Notes under the pieces: model-generated | Told to the model about the DNA's origin: nothing | Seen by the model: the letters and a program-made list of their open reading frames with translations, nothing else | The model's database searches: none | Shown here: in pieces, positions 21,601 to 24,892 of the stretch | Position numbering within the stretch: position 1 is the stretch's first letter | Layout of the letters: each line of letters opens with the position of its first letter | Program-made: the position numbers and the translations under genes | IMG/VR virus record: IMGVR_UViG_3300020365_000050 | Coordinates: 1 to 37,535 of that record | Length of the DNA: 37,535 nt | Source: a virus | Taxonomy: Duplodnaviria > Caudoviricetes | Reading direction: 5' to 3' (one strand)

Positions 21601-21688
21601 TTAACTTACCAAAAAGTGAATTATCATCCTCAATAAACTGAGGAAGTTGCTTACCTACTACTTGAGAAACCTTATTAGTCGTCTTCAT
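668..21688 (-). CDS. gp7: Giant 7006-aa gp7-like baseplate wedge / virion structural protein
   Basis: Uninterrupted 21-kb ORF coupled to gp6 by a TAATG overlap. N-terminal QLPQFI..YYYKSQE and KNIKTFYSTKGT..LFKLLYGE..YPKDQIIKPS segments resemble T4-like wedge proteins. Its position after gp25-gp6 matches cyanomyovirus gp7. The symbol is assigned mainly by synteny. Confidence 0.8.
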   Translation of the reverse strand: MKTTNKVSQVVGKQLPQFIEDDNSLFGKLIEYYYKSQEKTGYGQNILNDFLQYLNIDELNVDILGGKTKIVEDVSATDTEIVVENVDSFLDKNGSVLINNEVIFYEEAIPSPSVALSPGISYDQIKVKWTTLANPINDFNGTERTFSLLSQQNPVTPSSAQHLIVKVYGKVLIPNVDYNVESSNIVFTNAPRAKTVADDSVDTSITFLEGFSENSILVLDDISETFGDNRTTFNITRNSAPYQPVVDEYIIAIYDGQILTPKIDFTFDLTTITFNFIPLIGRRLDLFSIEAAIPSFGTGAIGFSRVDDLGQLSSIQIDQTGSDYRFEYPPKVSIKSKSGSNASAIPLINGIKNIQLLSGGKGYSTTNPPTVNIQDPTKIGGTTAKISAKVVDGSVSELVVEDSGSGYTFVPRVTFIQPGGAKLAAPTIVNGSISGDVQVTNKGQGYTTAPTVYIDEPTGDNPIKASLVAVLDDDGSILRIDTLNAGQGYETVPRIAIIDPVGAQILETKVDSDGRVIDIELLSGGSGYDDIPSVYIVDDRVNDVGASIGGTGAKASAAIFNGQITDINVTSFGSGYSQSNPPKIVIQSPPNASASVEIGLGEVTGFKVISKGSGYSKCKFSGCARAASGIKGYTTGGEVVFSGETTAQSHSTDSEIKCLDELFVKRLLDKYTEQYLPDVPSLDYESIDVRTAIKNIKTFYSTKGTSFSVAYLFKLLYGEDVSISYPKDQIIKPSSATWSVNTILRATLESGDPTKIKDALVQQFESITDPNVQNASALVENYISIKTSDVEIFELVLSEETITGNFIVPYKTKLVEGLSETSGVITVDSTIGWPERNGEFVIAGSEVVRYKEKSLNQFIECTRGVDSNAQVWDAASEVKSNFKIYINKDTADEVVLNIVGIVDAQQTTLSDTGSYYLPGDKLSVSKLGGTTTLPQLTDWLYNVKKLIEIDSITYGGVNNQSATVTCSAPHGLLVGDQVTIYGANPIIYNGTFLVTSRDSPTVFQYVLPQPATVNPQGNILISVDLNKGKSTDVAIQNIISLYTTNVQNSFFNDEYVYVASTGIPNYNIGPFVGSALLPGNQRKLNRFPLSTQTISTKTTIIPGSIGTWINGVSAWSYKSTQKKTFGAVTSIDIKNSGLNYDAERPPVITVSGGGGSGAQAEVVVDGSLTEIEVTAGGSGYTSSPLVSIVGGGGSGASATAIVTKGVVSRILVNNGGVGYTSKPSITIVGGGGTGAQGNASVRGPVKSVSITSGGSSYTSKPEVTLSSGSGAVAQAIVSNGRIISIAIISGGSGYTTAPEISISGDGFGAVAKATIDLDGENAGKVTSIEITNRGIGYTQGLTEILLTSVGDGAVFDSNVFEWTYNLEETTEKDSAKGFIFEGINNQYGGEYAHVSNPQRLRYILGDNLILNDNDQIVEQETQIEHSPIIGWAFDGNPIYGPYSYEDPTDQGSNVIRMRSSYALKTNLVYNEITNPTPSRVDGPLLADDAAGKFVDDYEYNFGSGDLDQYNGRFCKTPDFPNGRYCYFVTIDATESGNPVFPYILGPDYNSIVDTWNLSTSSIQQNIPTGVVRYRDPYENVDIDVERIPNASSNALTTEDGFILLFDPEDENRDGVISQDEIDDPEQLFEESPLQLYDYFPKVRFDSKVDIEVQTIEKFEDASVSGFIIENPGQNYQVNDILVFDNTDTDGTGISARISRIKGEEVQSYTYETVESISYGILTTTVPHNIVTGDRVFVDYTPIMDNTNKTFTARQYKGVEEIVVTQNGSGYNVDIPPVITIDGDGENAVIEAKLTSVGSISEFDIINSGHGFTNNPRILSSHPQIFKKANYYTTLFSNNDYVKINDIVVTESKEVILCGKTLDAQGDTVGFVSKISALGIKEWEKTLESSLPSGTTYLEFEKLLVDGNDIYVVGNNRPNQAIQDSYNPDIIFVKYVQSADGLDATLSFQKAYSGISGSTREDNVTSLIKLTNERFVIGGFTNTNSSNPHDAFVAVLDTAGTFVIKRKFATDSDSEKIVDLLENNGHLYFLMEVADTATSNDISLVLGKATVSTTLVTTNYLNKVSNSAYSFIDSSFTIDEYNELYVTATLRQKTNNTTKDSFWVGKFDVDADLIWNYRYAAPSRDINVVNTTAIDIFGNLNVAYTEENITTGQLTASSVKIDYKGKIVNHTTNKFNTSTTTDNNIEGITATTIDVDNSGDVYVFGQTSINRNEFVFDFSQTDTATDKTAHYTANLQGNDATDALALVGDGVAKLFAKDVANPSTWTNANINIAGSSLGSVFANNWTLEFMLYKDATNSATFSQTQQTLISIGDATDSTGGLWMYYDMSSGRLELLVTNNATSINSGSGVLQSTQTNMFADDSWQFISLTKSANTFTAYVNGTQVFTGSITNTSLGSKNFYLGQIAGRDGTAGTFRSNEQGQFYVDNLRLRNIAVTPTVPTDVTTLPPAASFGLAYDWTDDAWFTDQTARYDYVDHIGFGLKVDKDADSVRIGDQGVLTSTDVSYERVNVTPVTGNSLTISNVSFELGASGLQSLDYNEANTGHTNANGSSTVSVDIWSSRNATIPAPGSQKVQASAVVKNRYFFKQADTIKIDNIQRLTLNQSFNVTVGSKLVLNDGSTFVNSGYVTSVDKTNRYVFVAINNNPWNNDLTTGQLSTERFDEQETYGVKGPLVNDINEIVAYEFSEVVNTTPGTFNIDLSDYDAPEDIGGTNNLDEYGKFKEYGPSVYRIRILETSGTSTYIPGSVVEVPTGNITFNTAKSTIQITGLTAVTKIDLITDLEKILQVTAVSNSDTVYVITGDSHYLNQGNVIYVDGNPTTQSGGVVYDEYNGSFTVDTVISVKEFTYKLKNTAVGLPATTPGNVSVFAKSPIIKMYYGHQYIFDVSHSSMLGGNLSFSKDSLNKLEYSFNSIERIGTPGVTGEGQPTPSVKLKVDNDIVTNISYYFDPSRTGANSPIDPNSFLDIVPSPYIGVFTVESTSGGTITRGDDTFRFVLDTEPEGDAERLNTTYTTSSEKAVGSIGDIRIVNNGGFYTKLPKITGINSSRKIERVQINEPGTEYAVGTYNSVPILGDGEGGFVEIKVENTTDDEGITTPGQITEVKVTSPGKGYTTASIDIQAIDGILGSGLAGSGADLEVVIPPFGTGASIFTKGTNVGKIKKLNNNNFGYDYPHDYTLRPEITFPINAQLINTSILESITITDPGSGYTQAPVVTLTGGGGSNAIAEATIKNGRLDTIIVKDPGSGYSTEPKVELKSSFNYVVNLDLGLLQFAFPHGIPNGAEVTLNVVDTGDGAGFPVASGAVGTLNGTNTYYAITGAANSLDDDQMKLAITASNAELGDAISFINAGVGRQQVLTSSFGGQATANVGTSIFLEGELIYQGDSLETATATGYVSTNNGWQVGARIIKIVNYDGEFNLNQKITGTISKSSGIIGDLKIAKGVLEIGPITKTTGQFVDDVGKPSEIIQKIQDSYYYQDFSYAINSSVSIEEWKNTVIKNVHPASFKVFGQLEIQDSAEIPNKETSFELTKSVELTRDAVVPNIQNFALAEPIYQEFDNTEVLFRQKRLTSSENILTSVVQRLDDISNLFDGERTQFPMTVDGETVIANSNQLMIVLNGVVQTPEESFEVLNDSIVFAEPPQPVALVKYVSVGIEQIQTSLFTVTNTSGIFPPVGNYLVGVASSARARVVSTAGDTITAFITEGTFSTGELVTSNATGFSANLVSVSAIPNIGLFRYGENIRNIQGDTAKVERINLASGQETPLADTRFNIGLNTTSFDVVAITDDGSEVPVAAGVFEVGENYQIASEIVTVTDISQGTQATTLTVTRAQLGTSSVGHLAGTPIYGTQIEVTNTLLLSKTTGTYQSTPGLFDIQLNDTIIAAGSGVVARITSTTPYQDPVTQQFVDTVEISEGSSFSGLLFNRITSQAYPNIILDNLSQSQVNIVSFDNYESNTLFNSKFPNNEIINNYTIKYVSETGAFTEGEFVRNYKLDYGNVYGQFLQNDEARVRKLSLTGEVGEGFFARGQIIRSENTKAEVLGYNRATDIVYLGKMGRSQANGEDYHKATFVQGAQINTYNEKFGTGCLALSKGTSAHTFVSGVTDAITAGSGATGSFTAATGTTYDPISGVMVIEIGSHSLTTSNTVTISDDGVTFTCSSDNNTNNYSYPRSGDPASGSNLAISAVTATTITVNVGAVPVDEYLTIPTSTEFGFGTNDFTVELWIKPNSVASGTKMLVDFRPTGSDTAANLYLSGSTVAFQSANGAGSITGSTNLVANTWYHVAVVRESGVTKLYLNGAQEGSNLTDTTDYGSTRPIKIGANLNGTAAFPGYIDELRISTTARYTGAFTAPTGINQGDTNTVLLLHFDGENGQVYTEDWSGEQNWTNGHEFNNDAILATSRSSASTPGGFTGNSHRYLDAAKLLQSNKEFLAQEIRYLIQPNLPTELATTAPKYVLNAPDYNNGDLFSWSVAHGNGKFVIGAQEDDDASNSIYNSGSVYVYSDAGVYETRIVASDKADSDRFGYSVAVGGNKIAVGAPYNDDGGDGSGCIYTYNLDGTGENKIVASDDAASDNFGISVAMTGTYIFVGAPGESSGEGAVYRFDLDGTNQVKIVASDGAADDNFGYSVAIDEQNNKIIVGAYNDDDNGNNSGSVYVYNLDGTGEVKITAGSTNGAANDNFGTSVDAYNNLIVIGANGDGPGGSAYLYQNDGTFVAKIVASDATTGDNFGVQVAVNSTAVFVAASGGDERSLSSTGTIYKFDRDGTNQVKLTETSTAANSQLGLSTLFANGNYVMAGSRDAVNNQSQAGRAYIWKYESVAANYDYAQEVRTTIDSLTSDLNNGSNNHMWDFAATSVNRDATPITTTRFSGEESLQLQTYQYVNSYSQNIINNVLVTVTGSHGLTQTTDTTITDSSYSTLTTYTPSAAVYTASTGTLQLTIGSHSLTTSDRIGIAIDSLTFTCTKDGNASNHSYPRATDPAANAVLAITAADATTITVNVGASGPQDQYAHTFVSAASNAVTVLNYTSADCADVKTTIDNLVSIAEDTISNATAGTPVDHLASVTKVSPVYEYLGGVVDSFIEVPITVSLNDAANEVLYTNQIDVDSRSRFKDAASLIRLNRGAIVDKASFDMLTRYPDLATDMPRNVGGSNDGTLRCQTDLGLILDAIAKDLEDGGNENTVRAGRFYLGNNDELIHIRLQVWQSAYAHQRLAYYSKQAITGDLDDSNTNNVIIGDWGITNDAPVNFTPTGATYDPATGVMELTIGAHSLALGRFITIADNSLTFTCSQDGNGSNHTYPRSTDPASGVNLEVIATTATTITVNVGASPAGQQYAHTFVSAASNAVSTAGDCANVKNAIDTLVDDVLNYIISPSDNDYQIAGDRLYFNRDYIAFETIGLTKAAYSYTLGGSTFNSYSFTGENTETQIRSDLEIIMISIISDLQTGGNNSAVDSIAKFITAQLRVTRIEDILGQFVELLKQFKFLGVKALQNYLFGFSESVTPPNEYQAQYNTIPAYRDSETITNTNSVVSRFEDLIDSIILIFTPSGDTGVSASKNILFNEGYYKNEISSIVNTQFGSGSWTFEQFLDDLITDIEHDVIITDTSSSNTTQAQKVSLLREGVINTINFNGGAGYDSAPTVTIDAPGAGGIQATAEAVLSDSAVLTSIDITAAGSGYTANGNYSFSGSGFTGTHGGYLEQTSGGITNVTYDGEFVDFRSSTPSGEFTFSPAAAIVSNGTGSGSTGGFNVGYEHVKFGAGTGSYPQRQVQVNKQFNASGAGYDTLRVYVIAGSGSNGGEAPDTDEDLGLYISVDNGPLNFRGRLVYGGSSNEGGANNYTNFTSLTAVDVPLLESEKESSNVKVTIRQMQHSSSSSDDHYGITRVSMFSNGQGGFNAVGNTISVNFGVADSQSGTPTTPTLAFNSSRSVIAINITNRGSGYIPSSPPNATIAGGNPTTAATVTNITVVLDSSRFTPGQLLVTSAGGSAIVYEDIGNAVYVGPVTGTALAAGQFLTQGNVTAEIPTNGVSTAFDWYTNVGNIRTFDLARNITSLVEDEGSSTNLVTNPETYVSNSWYESGINTPTNNYSTSPDNTETAIRIRPNTSTGEKLFYRTLNLTSYNTFDDSGVKFDTDALSFDNGPNDENSTQQYTTSYFVKADGYNKIRHYFRPVPFSSNIFIQIDLQTGTIEQTFEVGQPGVLTLDEVGAIPYGNGWYRIYITGTFGYGFTQLRSDIYLLNNAGNIVFAGDNSSGILVWGSKINAGPLDAYTAVNGDVFFSNIEYNIKKYALELLEDYTELALNGTLPNPATNSGSIPVFNSSIASDYNSNSIQRIIRENLKMIKSQLLDSDHYLTVTLVGSVTIPSKTFGERIIPVPLGGGIEGSDFLYGSLSDASSEVQKVTVNEGLVVKDYKRMRITGDITNGPFTMNEIVQKQGDSTVNGVVYGFYEDANYKYVDVAVTGGTWALADIVVGAENGTSAQIDQITNRLQIIDTLGDFETNSIFKGYTSNSTAATEVFYKNDAAVLDNTGGKLVVDTETTRGSFETTSVVYPEESRLYLEVQKYAGFDIGVGDRLVTDGYTRLGISIQNNENQFVVGNFLYKITGGVQDVNNYGIINKVDLPNNYIYVVPVVGGFNNGDVIAHYDITNTRTGFATVSTRINYEGQAAGQVQFIEDVGLNKRLYISNTIGTFAATDSIKSGNGYKAAIIENVELKARVSRYFRGFDGTQTTFDLTINNGDAYFPDPAGHMLIFINGILQPPGASQAFTAFSDKIQFSEPPTLGSSFTGFYVGKLRQLDDISFEFDSLRQSFNLRRNETFYSLTLTDGVQSSTIRPENNIIVSLNGVIQEPGVGFEIVGSRIIFNEIPRVGSTFVAFSYVGSEADVDAAVVVPPIEAGDLIEIQGEVSDREVAVIESSNSLVTFDYLGSVFGKDAAAATGITSGTIRSVSVTSPGSGYTSRPTVRVDSISGFDAQIKALVGVGSVAVNTGGSGYQKAAINVETTVDDDWVAPDLSQYGEEAIDPEIV
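7280..8350 (-). repeat. Seven FG-GAP (integrin-alpha-like) repeats, a probable 7-bladed beta-propeller
   Basis: Blades include DRFGYSVAV..IAVGAPYND, DNFGISVAM..FVGAPGE, DNFGYSVAI..IVGAYNDD and DNFGTSVDA..VIGANGD; seven can be counted. Confidence 0.85.
8600..9120 (-). other. LamG/concanavalin-A-like lectin domain in the giant protein (a second copy at ~14390-14860)
   Basis: FGTNDFTVELWI...NTWYHVAVVRESGVTKLYLNG...FPGYIDELRIS; second copy WTLEFML...SWQFISLTK..FTAYVNG...FYVDNLRL. Confidence 0.85.
17040..17430 (-). other. YHYH-type domain segment in the giant protein
   Basis: HSPIIGWAFDGNPIYGPY...DLDQYNGRFCKTPDFPNGRYCYFVT...FPYILGP matches the C-terminal half of YHYH-family domains. Confidence 0.7.
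17640..20790 (-). repeat. Gly-rich GSGY..P.V...GGG..A.A.A repeat arrays (clusters at ~19840-20790 and ~17640-18310; further copies near 16250-16420, 11940-12650, 4690-4860, 3850-3960 and 760-920)
   Basis: Many tandem ~37-aa units such as ITSGGSSYTSKPEVTLSSGSGAVAQAIVSNGRI and IISGGSGYTTAPEISISGDGFGAVAKA. Confidence 0.85.
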
Positions 21689-23733
21689 TAGCTATTAAAA
21701 CAGGAAATGTTTGCAAGGTTACCGTTATTTGAGATATCTGGAATTTCAACAATCGGAGGCACTACCTCAAATATCTCGGGCGTCAAACTATTTAGTGGGA
21801 CAGTGGGAGGTAGGTTAGTGCCAAGGGGAGAAACTGATATACTTGGGACTACAATTTCAATGATTGATCCAGGATCTGGAGTATAGATAACTGATGGATT
21901 AGATGGAATAGATTGAATAGCAATATTAAACTCTGTTCCTACAAGTGCTTGTGCATCATCAATATCTCCAGTAGGTGTTAAATCTGGAGTATCGCCACCA
22001 GACCCAACAACATTTACAGGACCAAAACAGATTGTACCATTTGTATAATCAACTGTACCAGCTTTGGGATTAGTAATTACTTTTCTATTGCCACTAATGT
22101 AATATGTAACCAGATTGCCAAATCCATCATCTTCAAAATATTGATCCGTACCAGGACGATCTGCAAGTCTAAACTTGGAAGATTTAATTACAGGTTCTTT
22201 TTTACATGGGTCTGTTGTTGTAACCGTAGTTTCAACAGTAGTATCACCAATTTGTAAATTGGGAGCACTATCTAAAAGAGGTGCTCCAGTGGAAACACAG
22301 TATGTATTTGAGGTATTTCCAGATGCCTTTACATATTGAACTAAAGACACTTGAGTGGAAGTATCTGCGATGTTTGGATCAGATGAAGTAATCGCTTTTT
22401 GGAATTTAGTTAGACTGAAGTTATTATTAAAGTTATTAATCTCAGATTGTTGTGCCCATTGATTAATAGCATCTTGGATATTCGTTGTTATATTTGAAAC
22501 ATCTCTAGATGCGGTAGATGGATCATAATTTGCAAAGATTTTGGGATAGATGTATAAGGTATTTGTATCTACAATAACTGGCTCAATAGACGCCATTGCA
22601 TAAGATCTCAGTTGAGTCTGCAAAGATTTTTTTGTCGCATCATTTAGAGAAGATCCTGTTTTTGTTTTAATGGCAATGTATACTTTTCCATAAATGGGAG
22701 GATCTAATTCGTCACCACCATATGCAGCAACAACTTTTGCATTTGAATATAATCTCTTAACAATAGTTTCATAATCTTGGGTAGTTACTGCTCGGTTTTG
22801 TGCAGCATAATAACGAGGAGCATTGAATTTAATAGATTCAATACTTTCTGCTACCGATCCAAACTGTGCCTTTTCTTTTACAGTAAGTTTAGCTGCACTA
22901 GGTGCATAATTAACGCTATTACTATCAATAAATTTTCCAATAAATGTAAATACGCTTGTATCATTAGCAATTTCACCATCAGTTACGAGGTATTCAAAAT
23001 CAATAACTTCACCATCAACTAATTTTCTTCCAATAACACCATCACCAAATGTTACTTCATATCTTTCATCTTCTGTCTCAGAAAGAAAATAAACTCTATC
23101 AGTACTTTTTACTTCAGTAATATTAGAAACTAAGTTATAACTATCTGTTGTCGTGCTACTCTCGTTTGGTCTAACTTTGACAGAGAGAGTTTCCATATCT
23201 GCATTTTCAGTAGGAATCACATATCTCTGCTTTGCAAAGTTATCTACAGTATATGAAAAAGTAATTATAGATCCCTGGCTAATTGTAACTGCAGGAAATT
23301 CTGCAATTCCAGTAGTTTGATTTACCTCAACAGTAACTGGAGAAAGAACATTCCAAGTTCTATTACTACCTGTCGCGACAGGTCCTTTTTGAAGGGTAAT
23401 ATTGTTGGGATATGAATCACCAGTTTGATTGGTTTGCACTTTCAAGTAAATGCACGCTTTAGAGCATGTAATTGAAGTTGGTGTATAACTGAGTAATTTT
23501 GCAATATTTACAACATTGTCTCTTACTGTAGACGATGAAATAAATGCTTCATTCATGGACATATTTGCCATGAATGAAGAATAATATGTATTATAAGATA
23601 ATACGTCTACAAGGTAAGATAAACCCGATCCCTCAAAATCATAATCTAAGAATTCTTCTCTAGTTCTTAGATATGTTTTGATAGAAGACTTAATATCTTC
23701 AAAATCTAGTGCTGTTAAATTATTGGGTAGCAT
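21688..23733 (-). CDS. gp6: Baseplate wedge subunit gp6
   Basis: N-terminal LDFEDIKSSIKTYL..F.DYDFEGSGLSYLVDVLSYNTYY; YEVTFGDGVIG, ESIESIKFNAP..AQNRAVT..DYE and YGKVYIAIK motifs; follows gp25 via a TAATG overlap. Confidence 0.92.
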   Translation of the reverse strand: MLPNNLTALDFEDIKSSIKTYLRTREEFLDYDFEGSGLSYLVDVLSYNTYYSSFMANMSMNEAFISSSTVRDNVVNIAKLLSYTPTSITCSKACIYLKVQTNQTGDSYPNNITLQKGPVATGSNRTWNVLSPVTVEVNQTTGIAEFPAVTISQGSIITFSYTVDNFAKQRYVIPTENADMETLSVKVRPNESSTTTDSYNLVSNITEVKSTDRVYFLSETEDERYEVTFGDGVIGRKLVDGEVIDFEYLVTDGEIANDTSVFTFIGKFIDSNSVNYAPSAAKLTVKEKAQFGSVAESIESIKFNAPRYYAAQNRAVTTQDYETIVKRLYSNAKVVAAYGGDELDPPIYGKVYIAIKTKTGSSLNDATKKSLQTQLRSYAMASIEPVIVDTNTLYIYPKIFANYDPSTASRDVSNITTNIQDAINQWAQQSEINNFNNNFSLTKFQKAITSSDPNIADTSTQVSLVQYVKASGNTSNTYCVSTGAPLLDSAPNLQIGDTTVETTVTTTDPCKKEPVIKSSKFRLADRPGTDQYFEDDGFGNLVTYYISGNRKVITNPKAGTVDYTNGTICFGPVNVVGSGGDTPDLTPTGDIDDAQALVGTEFNIAIQSIPSNPSVIYTPDPGSIIEIVVPSISVSPLGTNLPPTVPLNSLTPEIFEVVPPIVEIPDISNNGNLANISCFNS

Positions 23734-24152
23734 TAGGAAGGTCTCTGTAATACAAACTGGATAGTTTCAGTAATCGGTAATCCAACAATTCTATATTCCA
23801 AACTTACGGTAACAGAATTGAGATCATAATCTGGAATACACCTTAGATTTGTGACTTCAACTCGCTTCTCATAATTTTTAATTGTATTTAGAATTTCAAC
23901 TTGTAAAGAATCAATCATAAAAGGATCTAGCGGCTCAAAGAGCATATTGTAGACATTAGATCCAAATTTGGGATTAAACAGTTTTTCGCCAGGGGCAGTC
24001 AAGACAATATTTTTAATCGACTGTTTAATAGATTCTTCGTTTGTCACAGAAGCAATATCTTTTGAAAAGGGATTCTTAAGGATACTCATATTGATATCCT
24101 TAAAAGATCTAGATCTTTTTAAATCACTACTTGAAATTGGTTTAAGCGTCAT
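23733..24152 (-). CDS. gp25: Baseplate wedge subunit gp25 (GPW/gp25 family)
   Basis: IKQSIKNIVLTAPGEKLFNPKFGS..LFEP...I.NYEKRV is the gp25-family signature; 139 aa; directly upstream of gp6. Confidence 0.93.
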   Translation of the reverse strand: MTLKPISSSDLKRSRSFKDINMSILKNPFSKDIASVTNEESIKQSIKNIVLTAPGEKLFNPKFGSNVYNMLFEPLDPFMIDSLQVEILNTIKNYEKRVEVTNLRCIPDYDLNSVTVSLEYRIVGLPITETIQFVLQRPS

Positions 24153-24181
24153 TTCGCAAAGATCTATCTAGATAACTGTTT

Positions 24182-24189
24182 TATTTATC
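24182..24189 (-). promoter_or_regulatory. T4-type late promoter (GATAAATA) for gp25-gp6-gp7
   Basis: NATAAATA match about 30 nt upstream of the gp25 ATG, just downstream of a terminator. Confidence 0.7.
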
Positions 24190-24200
24190 GACCTTCCAAT

Positions 24201-24223
24201 AAAAAAGGACGCCGAAGCGTCCT
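24201..24223 (-). terminator. Rho-independent terminator with a cUUCGg tetraloop
   Basis: Minus strand AGGACGC-TTCG-GCGTCCT followed by a T-run; UUCG-loop terminators are typical of T4-like phages. Confidence 0.9.
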
Positions 24224-24227
24224 CAAA

Positions 24228-24365
24228 TCATTTACCCTGTCCTCGGTATGCTTTCTTTCGACCATTACGAGAAGATGCCGAAAGTTTAGTGTTTGCGCTT
24301 TGACCTTGACGAGTTTTTTTCGGGGGTGCGGTAACATGCTGAATACCTTTTCCGTAAAGTGCCAT
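24228..24365 (-). CDS. 45-aa highly basic peptide
   Basis: Not in the ORF track. MALYGKGIQHVTAPPKKTRQGQSANTKLSASSRNGRKKAYRGQGK* fits exactly between the PAAR stop (24369) and the terminator. Confidence 0.75.
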   Translation of the reverse strand: MALYGKGIQHVTAPPKKTRQGQSANTKLSASSRNGRKKAYRGQGK

Positions 24366-24368
24366 AAT

Positions 24369-24875
24369 TTAAACTCCAATAAAAACGTTTTCTGATCCAG
24401 TAGCGATCAATGATAAACATGGTGGACCTAATGGGTCACCAACTCTACATGCACGTCTTCCATTGATGAAGACCGTCTTAGTTGTTGCAGTTGCCTTTCT
24501 AACGTGTCCTCCACCCCCTGCAATGTCTTCAACACATAAAGTTTGGGTAGGACATGGTATGGGAGCTGGAGGATTCTTACAACCGCCAAGAACGATAAGA
24601 TTTGTGCAAGATGGTGGGTGATTCGTCAACAAATCTTGATCGACAATTGGAAATTTGGTTGAGTTAATAATAACATTAGCAACCGTTGCGACACCAGTAA
24701 ATGGTGTCTGTGGTGCAGGAGGCCAGATGTTAGTCGCATCCATTGCTGCAATGGATTTTTTAGGTGCGGTTTCACATGTGCCTGCACACGGCATTTTAGC
24801 ATGGACATTTGCTGGAATACATCTTCCATGTCCGCTACAACTACCAGAATAGAATGCTGCTGATAGACCTGCCAA
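24369..24875 (-). CDS. PAAR-domain spike-tip protein (gp5.4-like)
   Basis: C-terminal KTVFINGRRACRVGDPL..C...IATGSENVFIG and an early SGHG motif; TTG start preceded by an AGGAGG RBS; upstream of gp25. Confidence 0.82.
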   Translation of the reverse strand: MAGLSAAFYSGSCSGHGRCIPANVHAKMPCAGTCETAPKKSIAAMDATNIWPPAPQTPFTGVATVANVIINSTKFPIVDQDLLTNHPPSCTNLIVLGGCKNPPAPIPCPTQTLCVEDIAGGGGHVRKATATTKTVFINGRRACRVGDPLGPPCLSLIATGSENVFIGV

Positions 24876-24892
24876 TTATACTACCTCCTAAT

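Noticed and set aside
668-21688. Intein, intron or diversity-generating-retroelement target in the giant ORF
   Set aside because: No intein splice motifs, LAGLIDADG/HNH motifs, reverse transcriptase or adenine-specific TR/VR repeat pair was seen by eye.
24185-24379. 64-aa minus-strand ORF from the track
   Set aside because: It runs through the UUCG terminator and the late promoter; the 24228-24365 frame fits the gap better.
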